DNA of 64,000 nt from Adineta vaga. Its lineage: Eukaryota > Animalia > Rotifera. A model generated the notes under the pieces. That model was not told where the DNA came from and did not search any database. It saw only the letters and a list, made by a program, of their open reading frames with translations. The stretch is from the NCBI GenBank assembly GCA_021613535.1, contig CP075493.1, positions 7,812,001-7,876,000 of the forward strand. Reading direction: 5' to 3'. Of the stretch, positions 1 through 11,925 are shown piece after piece. Every line of letters starts with the position of its first letter. Position 1 is the first letter of the stretch. A program made the translations under genes and the position numbers.

Positions 1-567
1 TGCATACATATACGACAAATAAGAAAATGGATCACCAGGATAACCTGGCCAAGGAAAGGCGATTTTTTGTCTTTTATCTTTCATTCGTCGATTTTGAAAC
101 CAAACCTATTAAACATATGAAATTATATGTATTACATGAAAATAAGCAACTATTTTTCTTACTTTAATTGTAGATTCTGCTAGTTGTAATTCTGCTGCAA
201 GTTCACAACGTCTTGGTCGACTAACATAATTTTCTCGAAGAAATTCTTTTTCAAGTCTTGCCAATTGTTCACGTGAAAATGCTGTTCGATATCGACGAAT
301 ATTATCATCATTAAGATTGGAAGAGGAATTATTATTATTATTGTTATTAGTATTATTATGAGAATGAGAATGATGATGATGTAGATTAACTAAACTATTC
401 GGCGTATTGTTTGAATCGTCTATAAAATTAAAATAAATGAATATATATATGTATATATTCATAGTAAAACTTTTCTCCTTACCATTATCATCAGAAAAGA
501 TCTCATCGTGAAACATTCTCGAACTACTTGCTAATAGATATGTCGATGGATTACTACTACCTAACAT
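1..567 (-). CDS. Evx: Even-skipped (Evx) homeobox transcription factor; runs off the window start. Exons 567-483, 419-163, 105-<1
   Basis: Spliced homeodomain [45 protein letters not shown]|[13 protein letters not shown], followed by an Evx-type [21 protein letters not shown] introns 482-420 and 162-106, the latter at the classic helix-3 position. Confidence 0.95.
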
Positions 568-3500
568 TATCAAATGAAAGATTCGATTATCAATAGCAGA
601 CAAAATCTTTTTCTCTTTTTCTTTTTTCTCTTCTTCGTTCTATCCATAATGATAGGAGAGAAAGAGAAAAAGCAATTCGATTGGTTTGTATCAATAGAGA
701 AAAAGAAAAATTAACAATAACTGGCCAAAGAAGAAGAAGAGAGAAAGAGAGCAAATAATTGCTAATATCATTAAATATAGAATGAACGTGAGGTGTGAAC
801 AATGAAAAGCATAATTAACAATTTACTTCTTCTTCTTCTTTTCGAAAAGCTTCGAACGAATGTAAACAGATAAGACTTTGCATGAACAATTACAGGATGA
901 GACAATTTATAAATACAAAAATAAAACTAAGTCGAACATAAATGTCGTTGATGATTCCCTTCTTCAATAGAAAGAAATATTCGATCCGATACGATTAATT
1001 GGTTGAATACAACCAAACTAATAACTACTCCGCCCTTTCAACAAACGTTTGTGTCTCTTTTCATAGAAACATCTCTATATATGTTCATAGACACGCGATG
1101 TTTAGTTGTACCCATTTTACATTTTCAAGGGTCAATAAATATACACACACACACATACACACATGCAAATGACCATCATCTCATGGCCGGCAGTCACAAA
1201 CATCGAATGTCGTTAATCAATGATAGATAATCACACGTTTTCACATGACCCTTTGCTTAACGAACGATTTAAACAAATCGTTTTTTTGTTGTCAATTTAA
1301 TATGCTTATTAAAGGTGTCAATTGATTAAATAAATCTTTATGTTTGTAGAAAGAACATTTCTCTAACATTATAAATTGCTCATTAGAGAAATCTATAAAT
1401 ATTGTCTTTCTACTAGTTCTGCTGTTTTATTTTTATGAGAGAAGGAAAGATATTGCACGATGTGATAACAGAGTTTGAAGTTTCTCGATTAGTGTCTATT
1501 ATTAGAGAACATGTTATTGTCAATTGATGCCGACGAACAGGTCTCATCTAACAGATCGACCATCTGTCTGAGACTCTCATAATAGTACCTTTTTTCTCTT
1601 AAATATTGAGATGTACTATTTATAAGACACCACTATGAAAAAAGGTCAAGTTAGAAAATGAGAAACTTACCATTGTTGAAAAAAGAAAATTCGTCACTAT
1701 CTTGATGATGTTTTTGTTTGAAAATACCCATACTACTTCTTATGTTCAGTAAAATGATGATTTTATGATTTAAAATGAATAACGTATGTGTTTTTATGCG
1801 ATGAAATGTATTTTTCTTCTCTTTACATTCTTAATCTTCTGATTCGTTCTTATTTTCAAATGATATTCAACACCAATCACACTCATTGAGGTGCGATCTG
1901 TTTTTCTATGACTAGCAATAACCATTTTTCGCATGGCTAATTCTTATTTTCTCTGCCGCATGATTATAACTATCATAAAACTGTTTAATTGCTATAGATA
2001 AATTCATGAAGAAAGTCAAAGATCTTGAAAAATAATTAAATAATCTTGTGATGTCTTTTTGTGCAAATTAATCAAAATTATCGTGTTAAATATCATGTTT
2101 CTTTTTCTGCATCATTTCATATCCTTTTGAAATGATAATTTTTGAACATTTTCTAACATCTACATCTATAGATTCACATATGTACGTATTAAAATTCTCA
2201 AGAGTGATCAGAGAAATGAAAATAATAACAAAGAGAAAAGTTTGATGACGATTAACACGTTTTAGTCAAGAGTCGTTACACATTTCAATCAAAGTAGTTA
2301 CATTCGGGATGCAATGACATGTGTTATGTTGTGATTGCTTGATTACATCGAATTGAACAAAAACGAAAGATCAAAAAGAGAGGCATTCATGGTGACAAAC
2401 CTTGAAAAGAATATGATACCATCATTTTTATGAGTTGACTTACGTCACACGGTAAGAAAACGATGCTGACCTAGTTTCTTGGCAAGTATATACTTGTTCA
2501 TACGCATCCGTTAGATTAAAATAGTTGACAAATCTTTCTTTGATCAAATATATGATAGGGATCAAAACATCAACATGTCGTGTATACGATCAAACGAACG
2601 ACACAGATCATAAATCACTATGCTCATCTTCATTATCTAGAGAAAATGAAATTCACATATTAGTTTTTATTTCTTCTCTTGTCTTCTTTGGAATAGTGTG
2701 CCGCCCACGATAGACTAATAAGATAAGGGAAACGAAAGCGGCATTCGCACGATTCGCTTACCTGCAAATTAACAAAATCAAGTGTATTCTATATGAAGAA
2801 TGATGTGTAACCGTTTCGCTTGTATGAATAGATAAAGATGAATTACATATATATGTTCTACTGCCTTTCTTTAGATAAGTTAATTTGTAAAAATCAGTAT
2901 TAGAAAAGTTCATATTCATTCTTATATTAACAGATGATAACCTTTTGTATGAAATGAAATTTGATTTTGTGACATTATGTATATGATTACGAATTTAAAG
3001 AACATCTTTATTATAGACTATTGAAAGAACATAGAACTCTCCAAGTATCGTACTGAAGTATATGAAAAGTGACAAATCAATATCACTCTGATCTTAGTCA
3101 CATTGTTGTATGATGAACTGAAATTTGAAAAAAAATGTTTTTTTTCCTATATCAACAGATACATTGTCTATTGCACAAATCGACAATACCAACTTTTTAA
3201 TCATTCAACGTGAATAAACTATCGATAATTTACTTATATTTTTCTCTATCATGAGTTCATTAAAAGACAAAATTTGAATATATTATCTGTAGAAATCGAC
3301 CAAATTCACAATAGATAATAAATGCAAAAAATTTTCTTTATATGTAATGAGACAACAGAAAGAAAGTTTTGTCATATGATACAATAAAACCTCTATTAAT
3401 GAACATCTCAAATAGATCTCCGTAAGTTGAGTACTTTTCAATTCTCTCCCTGTATATGAAACAAGAAGATTAGATAAATAGAGTATATAAAATAAAGCGC

Positions 3501-4057
3501 TAACAAGTCAATTCGTTGTAAGAGAGTTTCTTATATGTATGAAAGAGACAGATCAATGAAATGAGTGAAAGGGTTTTATAATAGAAAATAACGAGAACGT
3601 TCGATATTATACATTTACTAAGTGATAACTGAGATTATACATAATAATAATTTTTGATTCATTTTCTTGTCCAATTGGATAAATGCTTAATATTAATAGT
3701 TTAAAGATGAAAATGTTCTTATCAATTTATGAACAATCACGCTTTAGTTTATTTTAAAAAAGGTTTTTACTGAATGAATAATGCATCAGATATAAATAGT
3801 TTTAATGATGAATATGAAATTCATTATCTCTTTCTTCATAAGTTGCTCGTATTGAGAGATCAGGTTTTCATTGAAAAGTAGATTCAAATTTAAGATTGAA
3901 TATTTTGTCTGCTGATAGAACTACAATGAAAAACGAATTTTATTTTTGTTCTTCTCTGTTCGATTACCATTTTGGAAAAAAATGAATTGTAGATCATATT
4001 TTTTGTTCTATAGGAAGAAATGTTTTATTGTATAGCGTTATAGCTCTATATAGATCA

Positions 4058-4077
4058 ACTGACATCTAGCGCCATCT
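4058..4077. promoter_or_regulatory. CTCF-like / YY1-like motif (ACTGACATCTAGCGCCATCT) about 240 nt upstream of the BRD7/9 ATG
   Basis: The reverse complement AGATGGCGCTAGATGTCAGT resembles the CTCF core (AGRKGGCRS) and the YY1 core (AAGATGGCG). Related motifs occur at 9993-10007, 42629-42643 and 60330-60344. Confidence 0.35.
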
Positions 4078-4311
4078 TAAATAATATTGCAAAAAATGTT
4101 TCTTCGAAAAATACCCTAACAAATCATAATTTTACAAAATCTTTCATTTAAAATTTTCACTTCACTCTAAATCAATTATAATCAATCTCTCAATCTTTTA
4201 ACTAGCAAACAAACAATATCAGCAGCCACACTTCCAATTATTGACCTAGTGATATCCTATTGGGAATCGATATAAAAAACAACAAAATAACACGTAGCTA
4301 ATATCTTTCCA

Positions 4312-6204
4312 ATGTTTTGCCGTGGTACTAAACGACCACGTTTTAGTTTTGGTGGTCATCCTGTTTTCGAACATGACGATTCATCGAATCATTCGGGTCT
4401 TGGTATGCCCGATTATGAAGAAGATTCTTCATCTCAACAACTTATTACAACAACAAATAATTCCGATCTAAATTTTCTCAACGGCCAATTCGGTCAAGAT
4501 CGACCACGACGTGCACCAAAATCACTGACAAAAGTTCATCAAGAAGATAATACAAATTTAAATGCATGTCTTGATCATCTTCTAAGAATTGTTTCACGAA
4601 AAGATAAAGAAGGTTTTTTTCAATATCCTGTTACTGATCAAGTAAATAATCTATCTAGATAAATACAAAATATTTTTATATTATTTGTTTAGCTTGCACC
4701 TGGCTATTCAACCATCATTGCCCGTCCAATGGATTTTTCTACAATGAAAAAGAAAATCAGTCAAGATGAATATTATAATATACTTGAATTTCGAGCAGAT
4801 TTTGAATTAATGTGTGAAAATGCCATGAAATACAATCGTCCTGAAACGATCTATTGGCAAGCTGCAAAGAAACTTCTCGCAACTGGAAGTAAATTAATGC
4901 ACAAAGATAAATTACTTAGTTTTCGTCGTAGTTTGGAATGTTTTTCACGTTTAACTGAACGTCAATTAGGTTTTCGTATTGATACTTTACCTCATACAAC
5001 AGACGAACAGATAAGTAGTTCAACTGAACAATTTGATTCATCTTCAACTGATCATGATCATCTTTCATCCATAAGCATAAGTCAAGCATGTTCACAACGA
5101 AAACCCAAATTGATATTGAAATTACCGAAATTTTGTGAGAAAATTCCAGCTGTAATACCTGATGAGGAAGATGAAGAAGAATTTTCTCCCGAAGATATTC
5201 TTCAACAAGCAAAACAAGCTGCTCTATGTGCACGAGAAAAATTAAATTTACGTCAAACGATATGTTCATATACATTAACATATCAACGTGTCAATAGTAA
5301 AACATCATTACGTTATGTTAATCAAGATGATTGTTCTCAACAGACTATTACACTTGGTGAATCAAATGCTTTATCATCTCATGAAAAAACATCTATTTCA
5401 TCAACATTACCAGTTGTTAATGGAACTGAAAAACAAAATTATTTAACATCAAAACATTTTCTAGAAAATGGACCATTCTCATCGAATGCATCACAATGTG
5501 ATTCAACATTTTCATCAATACCAAAAGAAGAATTGGATTTATTGATACATACGTATGGAAGTGAATTTTCAGCACAATATGCCGTATCATTGATGGATTA
5601 TGTTAAAGATGCAGGAGATCTAGCTTTAGCTTATGTTGATAGATTTTTATCGGTATTGACAAATGGTGAACATGATAATTTTATTATGAAGAAACGAGAA
5701 AAACAACCAAAAGTCGAAGAAACAGAAAATAAAACAGAAGAGACAGAAGCAGCTAATAATGGTAAGAAATTAACGAATGTCTGTATTAATTCAGTATCAG
5801 TAGCGAAGGTTATATTTAAATAATGATGATTGATGTCTTTTCCTGTAAATTTGTATGCCAGAGGACATAAGCAAAAGTCTTCAATAGAACAGTTACTTTT
5901 CAGTTACTCCTATCATCATTTCTTTGTATACTTAGTTCAATCAAGTGATTTAACAATAAATACTTCGTTGCATCAAATCAAACAAGAACCAACAACCGAT
6001 GAAAGTTCAACATTTGAAATGCAATATCATCAACCACATCAAGAATTACCAATGATTAAACAAGAGCAGCACCAGGAACAGACAAATGAATATGATCTCG
6101 CTGAAAAAATGCTTTTCAATATTAATGATATTCCACAAATATCTAATGGAACCGATCAACCAATCTCATCTGAAACTATCCATCATAATTGGCATGATAC
6201 ATAA
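4312..6204 (+). CDS. BRD7/BRD9: Bromodomain-containing protein 7/9 (BAF complex subunit). Exons 4312-4641, 4693-5761, 5936-6204
   Basis: Bromodomain RKDKEGFFQYPVTDQ|LAPGYSTIIARPMDFSTMKKKI...FELMCENAMKYNRPETIYWQAAKKLL, plus the BRD7/9-type segment GPFSSNASQCDSTFSSIPKEELDLLIHTYG. Confidence 0.92.
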
Positions 6205-6427
6205 CAATGATTCAAGATTTAATACTGTACAAACGAATTTCTATTTGTTTTCTTTTCTCTTATGTAAAGCTATCAAAAGTTAGGGACAATAAGTGATTCC
6301 TAAATGTAAATGAATCTATTTTTCAGATTGAATTCTATGACGTCAAATTCAATGAAGTGATTTTTGTTGTTTATTTTTAGATCCTTTCAGAGAACCTTTT
6401 AGTTTTTCATTCTTGTGCAATCGCAAA

Positions 6428-7162
6428 ATGTCGAAATCTGGTCAAACACTTCGAATTCCACCAGTAAGTTATTCAGTTGAACTAAATATTTTTCTTTACA
6501 ATTATCTTAATATAGATTCGTCCTATCCCTGAATTTGTTGGTGGAAATGAATGGGCTGTACCAGCTTTTAATCCAAAAGATTTTGGTGAACTTCAAAAAC
6601 AGATTATGACAAATTTAATCTATTATCAATCAAACTATGGAGCCGTTGCAGTAGTATTTCTTTTATTAGTCGCGTACGAGAAGTTTTCTTTGTTTCTTGT
6701 TTAAAATCTTTTGTATTTCGAATATTTAGCTTTTTTCGCCCAACAGCAATTATTTTTGGTCTTATTGTCGTTGCCGCTCTCCTTGCTGGTTTCGTTTATG
6801 CAACTCGTCAAAATATCAGCTTACCACCCTTTTTACACGATCGTCCGATTCTTATTCTTGCTATTCTCTTGATTAGTGCTTTTATGATTACGCGATTGTT
6901 CGGAACCGTTCTCGTTTTTCTCATTGGTATTGCTTTTCCATTAGCAGGTAATTAATTGCAAGCATTTTCTTTTTTATTCGATCTATTCTTTTTTTTAGGC
7001 ATCATTGCTCATGCAGTTGTTCGTAAGCCAACATTACAAAATAAAGCCGAAGATACTGCTGAAAATCTTTCATTACAATCAACACCCATGGGTCTTTTAC
7101 TTGGTTGGTTAGGTGCCAAAGCAGCTGCTAAGGAATCAACACCGACAATCAAACGCAAATAG
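6428..7162 (+). CDS. PRA1 family membrane protein (PRAF2/ARL6IP5-like), 4 exons
   Basis: Spliced product MSKSGQTLRIPP|IRPIPEF...IMTNLIYYQSNYGAVAVVFLL... carries the PRA1 NLxYYQxNY motif, hydrophobic hairpins, an HAVVRKPTLQNK segment and a C-terminal TPMGLLL. Confidence 0.85.
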
Positions 7163-7644
7163 ATATTTCAAGTCATGAAATGAACCAGTTCATTCGTTTT
7201 TCGTTATGCTCCTTTACTTTTTCTTAGTCATGTGGCCTTTTTTCGATATATTTGGTGATCTGTTCTTCTTCTTTTCTTTATGTGTGTGTTAGGGTGCATT
7301 CATTTATGGTGCTAGAAGGGTGCTTTTCGTGTGCAATTATTTTTCTCCTCCTCTCATATTCAGGCATTAACTGTAGACGTTTTATTTTCTCCGAAAGATC
7401 TTTTTGTGTGTTTAGAGAATTTTTCTTGTTAGAAATGTTTGTTTAACATGATAAAACAAAACAAGAAATATGATGAAATTGATAGTTTTGAGTGAATATG
7501 AAAAGTGACACTTACATTAGAACTGAATTGAGAAGAATGCGCGAAAAGAATGTTACTATAGTCAGTATTATTCCAGGAACATTTTATTTATAAATCTTAG
7601 TTGAAAAAATATCACACGAAAAACGCAAAATTACAATTATTTGT

Positions 7645-9595
7645 TTATAACCACCATTCAATAATATCATCCAAATCGTTACTCAATGGTCTGATTATAT
7701 CGTGAGCTGGTGGATAATAAATTGTCGGTCGAATTGGATAGTCTCTACCATGATCTCGAAAAGCCACTCGAATTTTATCTCGAGTTGTTATGGGTTGGGA
7801 CCAATTCGTTTCCGGTGTATCATCAGGTAGATTATGTCGAAGAAATGAAAGTTCAGGTTGAAAGAGAATATGACAAAACTTTTTCGCACCATGTGCATAA
7901 CGTGGATGAGTTTCTGGATAGTGTGGTGCGAATGTTGTAATAAAGAAAGTAATACGATCGAATTCAAATACCCAACCCTTCTGGCCAATACGTGAAGGTG
8001 TAACACTCATACAATGTCGTTTCGCTGGATCATGATCCGAAAGAAAACGAAGAATTTTCTTCAAGATTTGTCCGAAATCCTACCATAATCTACGAATAAG
8101 AACTTATTGATGAACAAATGTATTGCTTACTTCAAGAGTTTCTGTTAAATCATTATGTGGAATTTCAATAACATAACCATCGATTGATGTTTCTTTTACG
8201 AATGCACAGAAAAGAACGAAACTTGGTAATAATCTAAATGAGAATGTAAAATTATTTATTAGAATTAAAATGTCTTTTAATTGCTATTTTACCGTTCACA
8301 ATTATCGTCGATTGAGATGGTATCTAGCCAATGAGGTGCATTCCAACATTTTGCTCGTTTTGCGAATATACAATCGGATTTATTCTGAATTCGATGAAAT
8401 TCATGAAATAAAGATGATTGACTGGCATTGAGATGATGTTCGAATAGAATTTGTTTCGCATGACTAATCAGTAGATATATATATATATATTATTAGGAAT
8501 CAAATTTAGTACATACTCGACTACTGTTTTTGAAATTTCATGATCATTGGTCGTTAAATTAATTTTCTCTTTTGATGATTGTGATGATGAATTACGTTTT
8601 TCAAGAAGATAAAGTGCTCCTAAAATAAACTTTTTACTTTTAGATATCTTTTTTTAAGACTGAATATTTTGTTTTTTTATTAATATAATACAACTACATT
8701 CTCATATATCAGATAGAGATTTCAATTTTCTGTTTATTTTTTGCATCGCTTTGTTTTTGTTGCTGTAACTTCGATGGTTTTTTTAGTCACCATTGTTGTT
8801 GTTGTTGCTGCTTCTGTCGATGGAATAAAAGATGCTGATTTTTGACCAATAGGTGTTTCATATCGAATATTTCCATGAAGCTCTAATTTCTGTTGACAAT
8901 ATTCAATAATATCATCGGATATATATTCACAGATTAGATCGAAGGCATGTTCTTCATCTTCCACATGTTTTCTCAATCGATCAATTCGATCACGAAACCA
9001 TTGCATTAATTTTTCTTCGTTCAATTTAACAAGACATTTTTCTCGATCAATATCACAGATGCAAATAAGTTTATCGAGAATGAAATCATCATCCAATAGT
9101 AATTGTTTCAATGAATCATTTATCAATGTTGCTAATGATAGAAAATCTTTTCGAGCATCTGACCAAATTGAAGGTAAAAGAAGAAAGATTAAATTAATTG
9201 GAGTAACTATATACAACGATCCATCGGGTACGACATGTTGATCATTAATAAACCAACTTGAATGTGAACGAGTACATCGTGTAACTTCAAAAATTGTTTT
9301 TGATTGTTGATCAATAGCATAGGATTGAGTTTGTTTTGTACGAGGATGACTGAGTTGAATAAAATGTAATTGTTCATAGTTTACTGGTACAAGACGTTTA
9401 TCGACAATTAAAACACGATCAGGGATTATGGTAGATGAAGACATCTGAAAATGAGGAAATGAAAAACTTACCAAGAAGAAGAAGAGCAGCTAGTATTGAT
9501 TTGATATTTATATGAATGGCGAGAACAAGAAATAGAGCTAATGAAGTTAGTCGTAATCCTGCGACCACATTATCTGGTAATACAAGTTTGTACAT
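7645..9595 (-). CDS. YqcI/YcgG-like protein with an N-terminal membrane anchor, 311 aa. Exons 9595-9472, 8619-8517, 8463-8293, 8233-8131, 8079-7645
   Basis: Five exons join through canonical GT-AG sites into a stop-free 936-nt frame. Motifs DCIFAKRA, ILRFLSDHDP, GWVFEFDRITFFITTFAPHYPETHPRY and ILFQPELSF occur in the YqcI/YcgG order as I recall it. Exon 1 encodes a hydrophobic segment. The gene is well supported; the family call and exon 1 are less certain. Confidence 0.7.
8734..9444 (-). CDS. RNASEH2B: Ribonuclease H2 subunit B, intronless, nested in intron 1 of the YqcI/YcgG-like gene
   Basis: FIQLSHPRT...IFEV...SSWFIND.HVVPDGSLYIVTPINLIFLLLP...KLNEEKLMQWFRDRI...AFDLICEYI are RNase H2B/Ydr279 motifs. 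First ATG at 9444; AATAAA at 8681-8676. Confidence 0.88.
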   Translation of the reverse strand: MSSSTIIPDRVLIVDKRLVPVNYEQLHFIQLSHPRTKQTQSYAIDQQSKTIFEVTRCTRSHSSWFINDQHVVPDGSLYIVTPINLIFLLLPSIWSDARKDFLSLATLINDSLKQLLLDDDFILDKLICICDIDREKCLVKLNEEKLMQWFRDRIDRLRKHVEDEEHAFDLICEYISDDIIEYCQQKLELHGNIRYETPIGQKSASFIPSTEAATTTTMVTKKTIEVTATKTKRCKK

Positions 9596-10477
9596 ATCTG
9601 AAACGATTGTTTAAATCTCTGAATAGCCATTCATCTTAATCTCATGAAACTTGAAACTTTATTCTATGAGTGATTCACGTCAGCTATTAAACCAATAGAA
9701 ATACTTTCTTATAAACTAGCAAAATATCGTCTATACCACTATGCCATTCGAAAGTCTTAAAAATAACCCACAAATATATGTTTATCAATATAATATCAAA
9801 CAGCGATCATCATCTTTTTAGATTTGGATAAAAATACAATGAACATATTTTGCACAAGTACAGGTGGTATATTCTGGAACAATTTGGTAAAGAATTATTT
9901 CTCACTTTTCTCTTTCAAAATTATGATAATCTCAAACTGATTGATTGAGTATTGAATAAGATATAGAAATAATAAACTTGAAGTGTTGCAGGCCAATAGA
10001 TGTCACTTTATTCACTTCTAAAAACAACCGATATTTTTCGAGAGAGAAAAGGGAAGCAAAAAATAATTAAGAAGAACACTGATAGTCTTGATACATATCA
10101 AATTAAAACAAATATTTATATGAATATCTTTGAATAGTATATGATCGTGCTGTTTGCGTACGAAGAAGTAACAAAATGTTAATCATAAATTATTGAAGTT
10201 TTATTACCATACAGCCTTATAACCGAAAGAAACTCATTCTATACGATGCATACAGATATATATAATATGGTTAATACGAGCAATAAAACTACGTTATAGT
10301 CGATATTTTTGATCTTTGTTTACTTCCGAAAAATCACGTCAAAACTGTCATTCATTCGAACTCAGACGTTTTGAGTAGTTCGTGGTCTGATTAAGAAATG
10401 AATAATAGGTCATTCTTGAAGAACACATGGAATAAACCTGGATATGTAAATATAAACTTTTTTTTTTATTAATAATT

Positions 10478-11207
10478 ATGGGAGAAAAAGTGGGCGAAGC
10501 AATCGGTATAAATATACGCTGAGTATATTGCCATGGATCATCACTAATCGTACTAAAAGAAAGTGAAAAGAGAAACCCATACGTATATCAACAAATAGAA
10601 AGAATACTATTAATAGTTCAGATTGTACCACTCATTGCCGGTGTTATTTTAAGTATCACCTTTATATTCTACATTGTTAGTAACGCCGTACCAGAATGGT
10701 ATGTAATATCTTTTAAATTAAAATGAACGAAAACTAACAAATGCTTAATATTATTATTTTTCGTTCCGTAGAAGCAAACAATCTAATGAATCTGTTTCAC
10801 GAAAAATTGGTCTATGGCAATTTTGTTTTTCCATTTACGACGATTCCAATTGCGATTCTGTAGAATGTTCATCGAACAATGGTAATGCTGGTCTCTGTAG
10901 TAGAATAGTTGCTGGGCGAGCTTTCATGACATTGGCTTGTATTTTGTCTGGAATCTGTACCATATGTCTATTTATATGTGCAGTATTGGGTGAGAATGTC
11001 CATCGACTAGTACTTGTTGGAAGTGAAATTCTCGCGTTCGTTTGTGTGATCTTGGGCATCATCGGCGTTGGAGTTGGTGGTAGTATTTCGACACTGCTTA
11101 GCGGAAATGGAATTCAATACTCTTTTGGGGCAGCTGCAATTATAGGTGTTATTGCGATTATTATCAACTTAGCTGGTGCTATTCTGACATTATTCATCAA
11201 ACAATAA
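10478..11207 (+). CDS. Claudin/PMP22-like tetraspan protein, copy 1 (start exon 10478-10505 tentative)
   Basis: TM1 ending AVPEW, an intron, then GLWQFC...C...C...C and RAFMTLACILS: the claudin W-GLW-C-C signature with four hydrophobic segments. There is no in-frame ATG directly upstream of TM1, so the start is inferred through intron 10506-10616. Confidence 0.8.
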
Positions 11208-11925
11208 TGGAAACAAACATATTAGGTTTTTGTTTATCCAATTGTTTTACTTAATGTTTTATTTTTCTTGTGTTTACTATTACAAAGAGTTTTATATATT
11301 CTAGAATTGAATAAAATACATATAACACCCTTGTCTTCATCATTCGAATATGTACTACACTATAAGGAAGAAAGATATATGAAAAGTACAGAATCACATG
11401 ATCTCTATGAGTCATCGCCATTGAACATTTTTCTTCCCAAACATGCATGAAGAAAGAGATGTGTACGCGTAGAATGATGTGACAAGGTTGTTTCAATTGG
11501 TACATATATATATATATATGCATGCATTATTCTACTTTTGCAATCATTTTTCAGTGCTACTATTCTTTGATCTGAAATTTATATCGTAAGTACATGGTTC
11601 ATTATTACTTCATTTTACTGTGAAACTCGAAAAGATGTCAGTGTTGTCTTTGTAGTCATGTAGACACTAAACTAAAGAGTTCAATTATCTATTGTATCTC
11701 ATCAAGATTTTGGTGAGATAGATTAGTGTTGAACTTATTGCAGACTCTTTGTAACATATGAAACTCTCTCCTTTCGATCGAAAACATAAATATCTCACAA
11801 AATATACTATGAGTTTGTTTCTTCACATGAATATTGGAAGACGAAATGTCACAAGTTTTATTTGGATAAAAACATGTTATATCTTATAGGACTATTACGC
11901 ATCTCTACAAACAAATAAATAAAAC

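Noticed and set aside
2288-2544. TCF/LEF-like sites (ATCAAAG, CTTTGAT) upstream of Evx
   Set aside because: About one such 7-mer is expected by chance per few kb at this AT content; no clustering.
590-2713. Short ORFs 590-802, 1003-1230 and 2525-2713
   Set aside because: Non-ATG starts, low-complexity or microsatellite-derived translations, and no family motifs or splice partners.
9445-9471. 27-nt GT-AG mini-intron fusing host exon 1 to RNASEH2B
   Set aside because: The spliced product is out of frame with RNASEH2B and stops within a few codons; the length is well below the local intron size.
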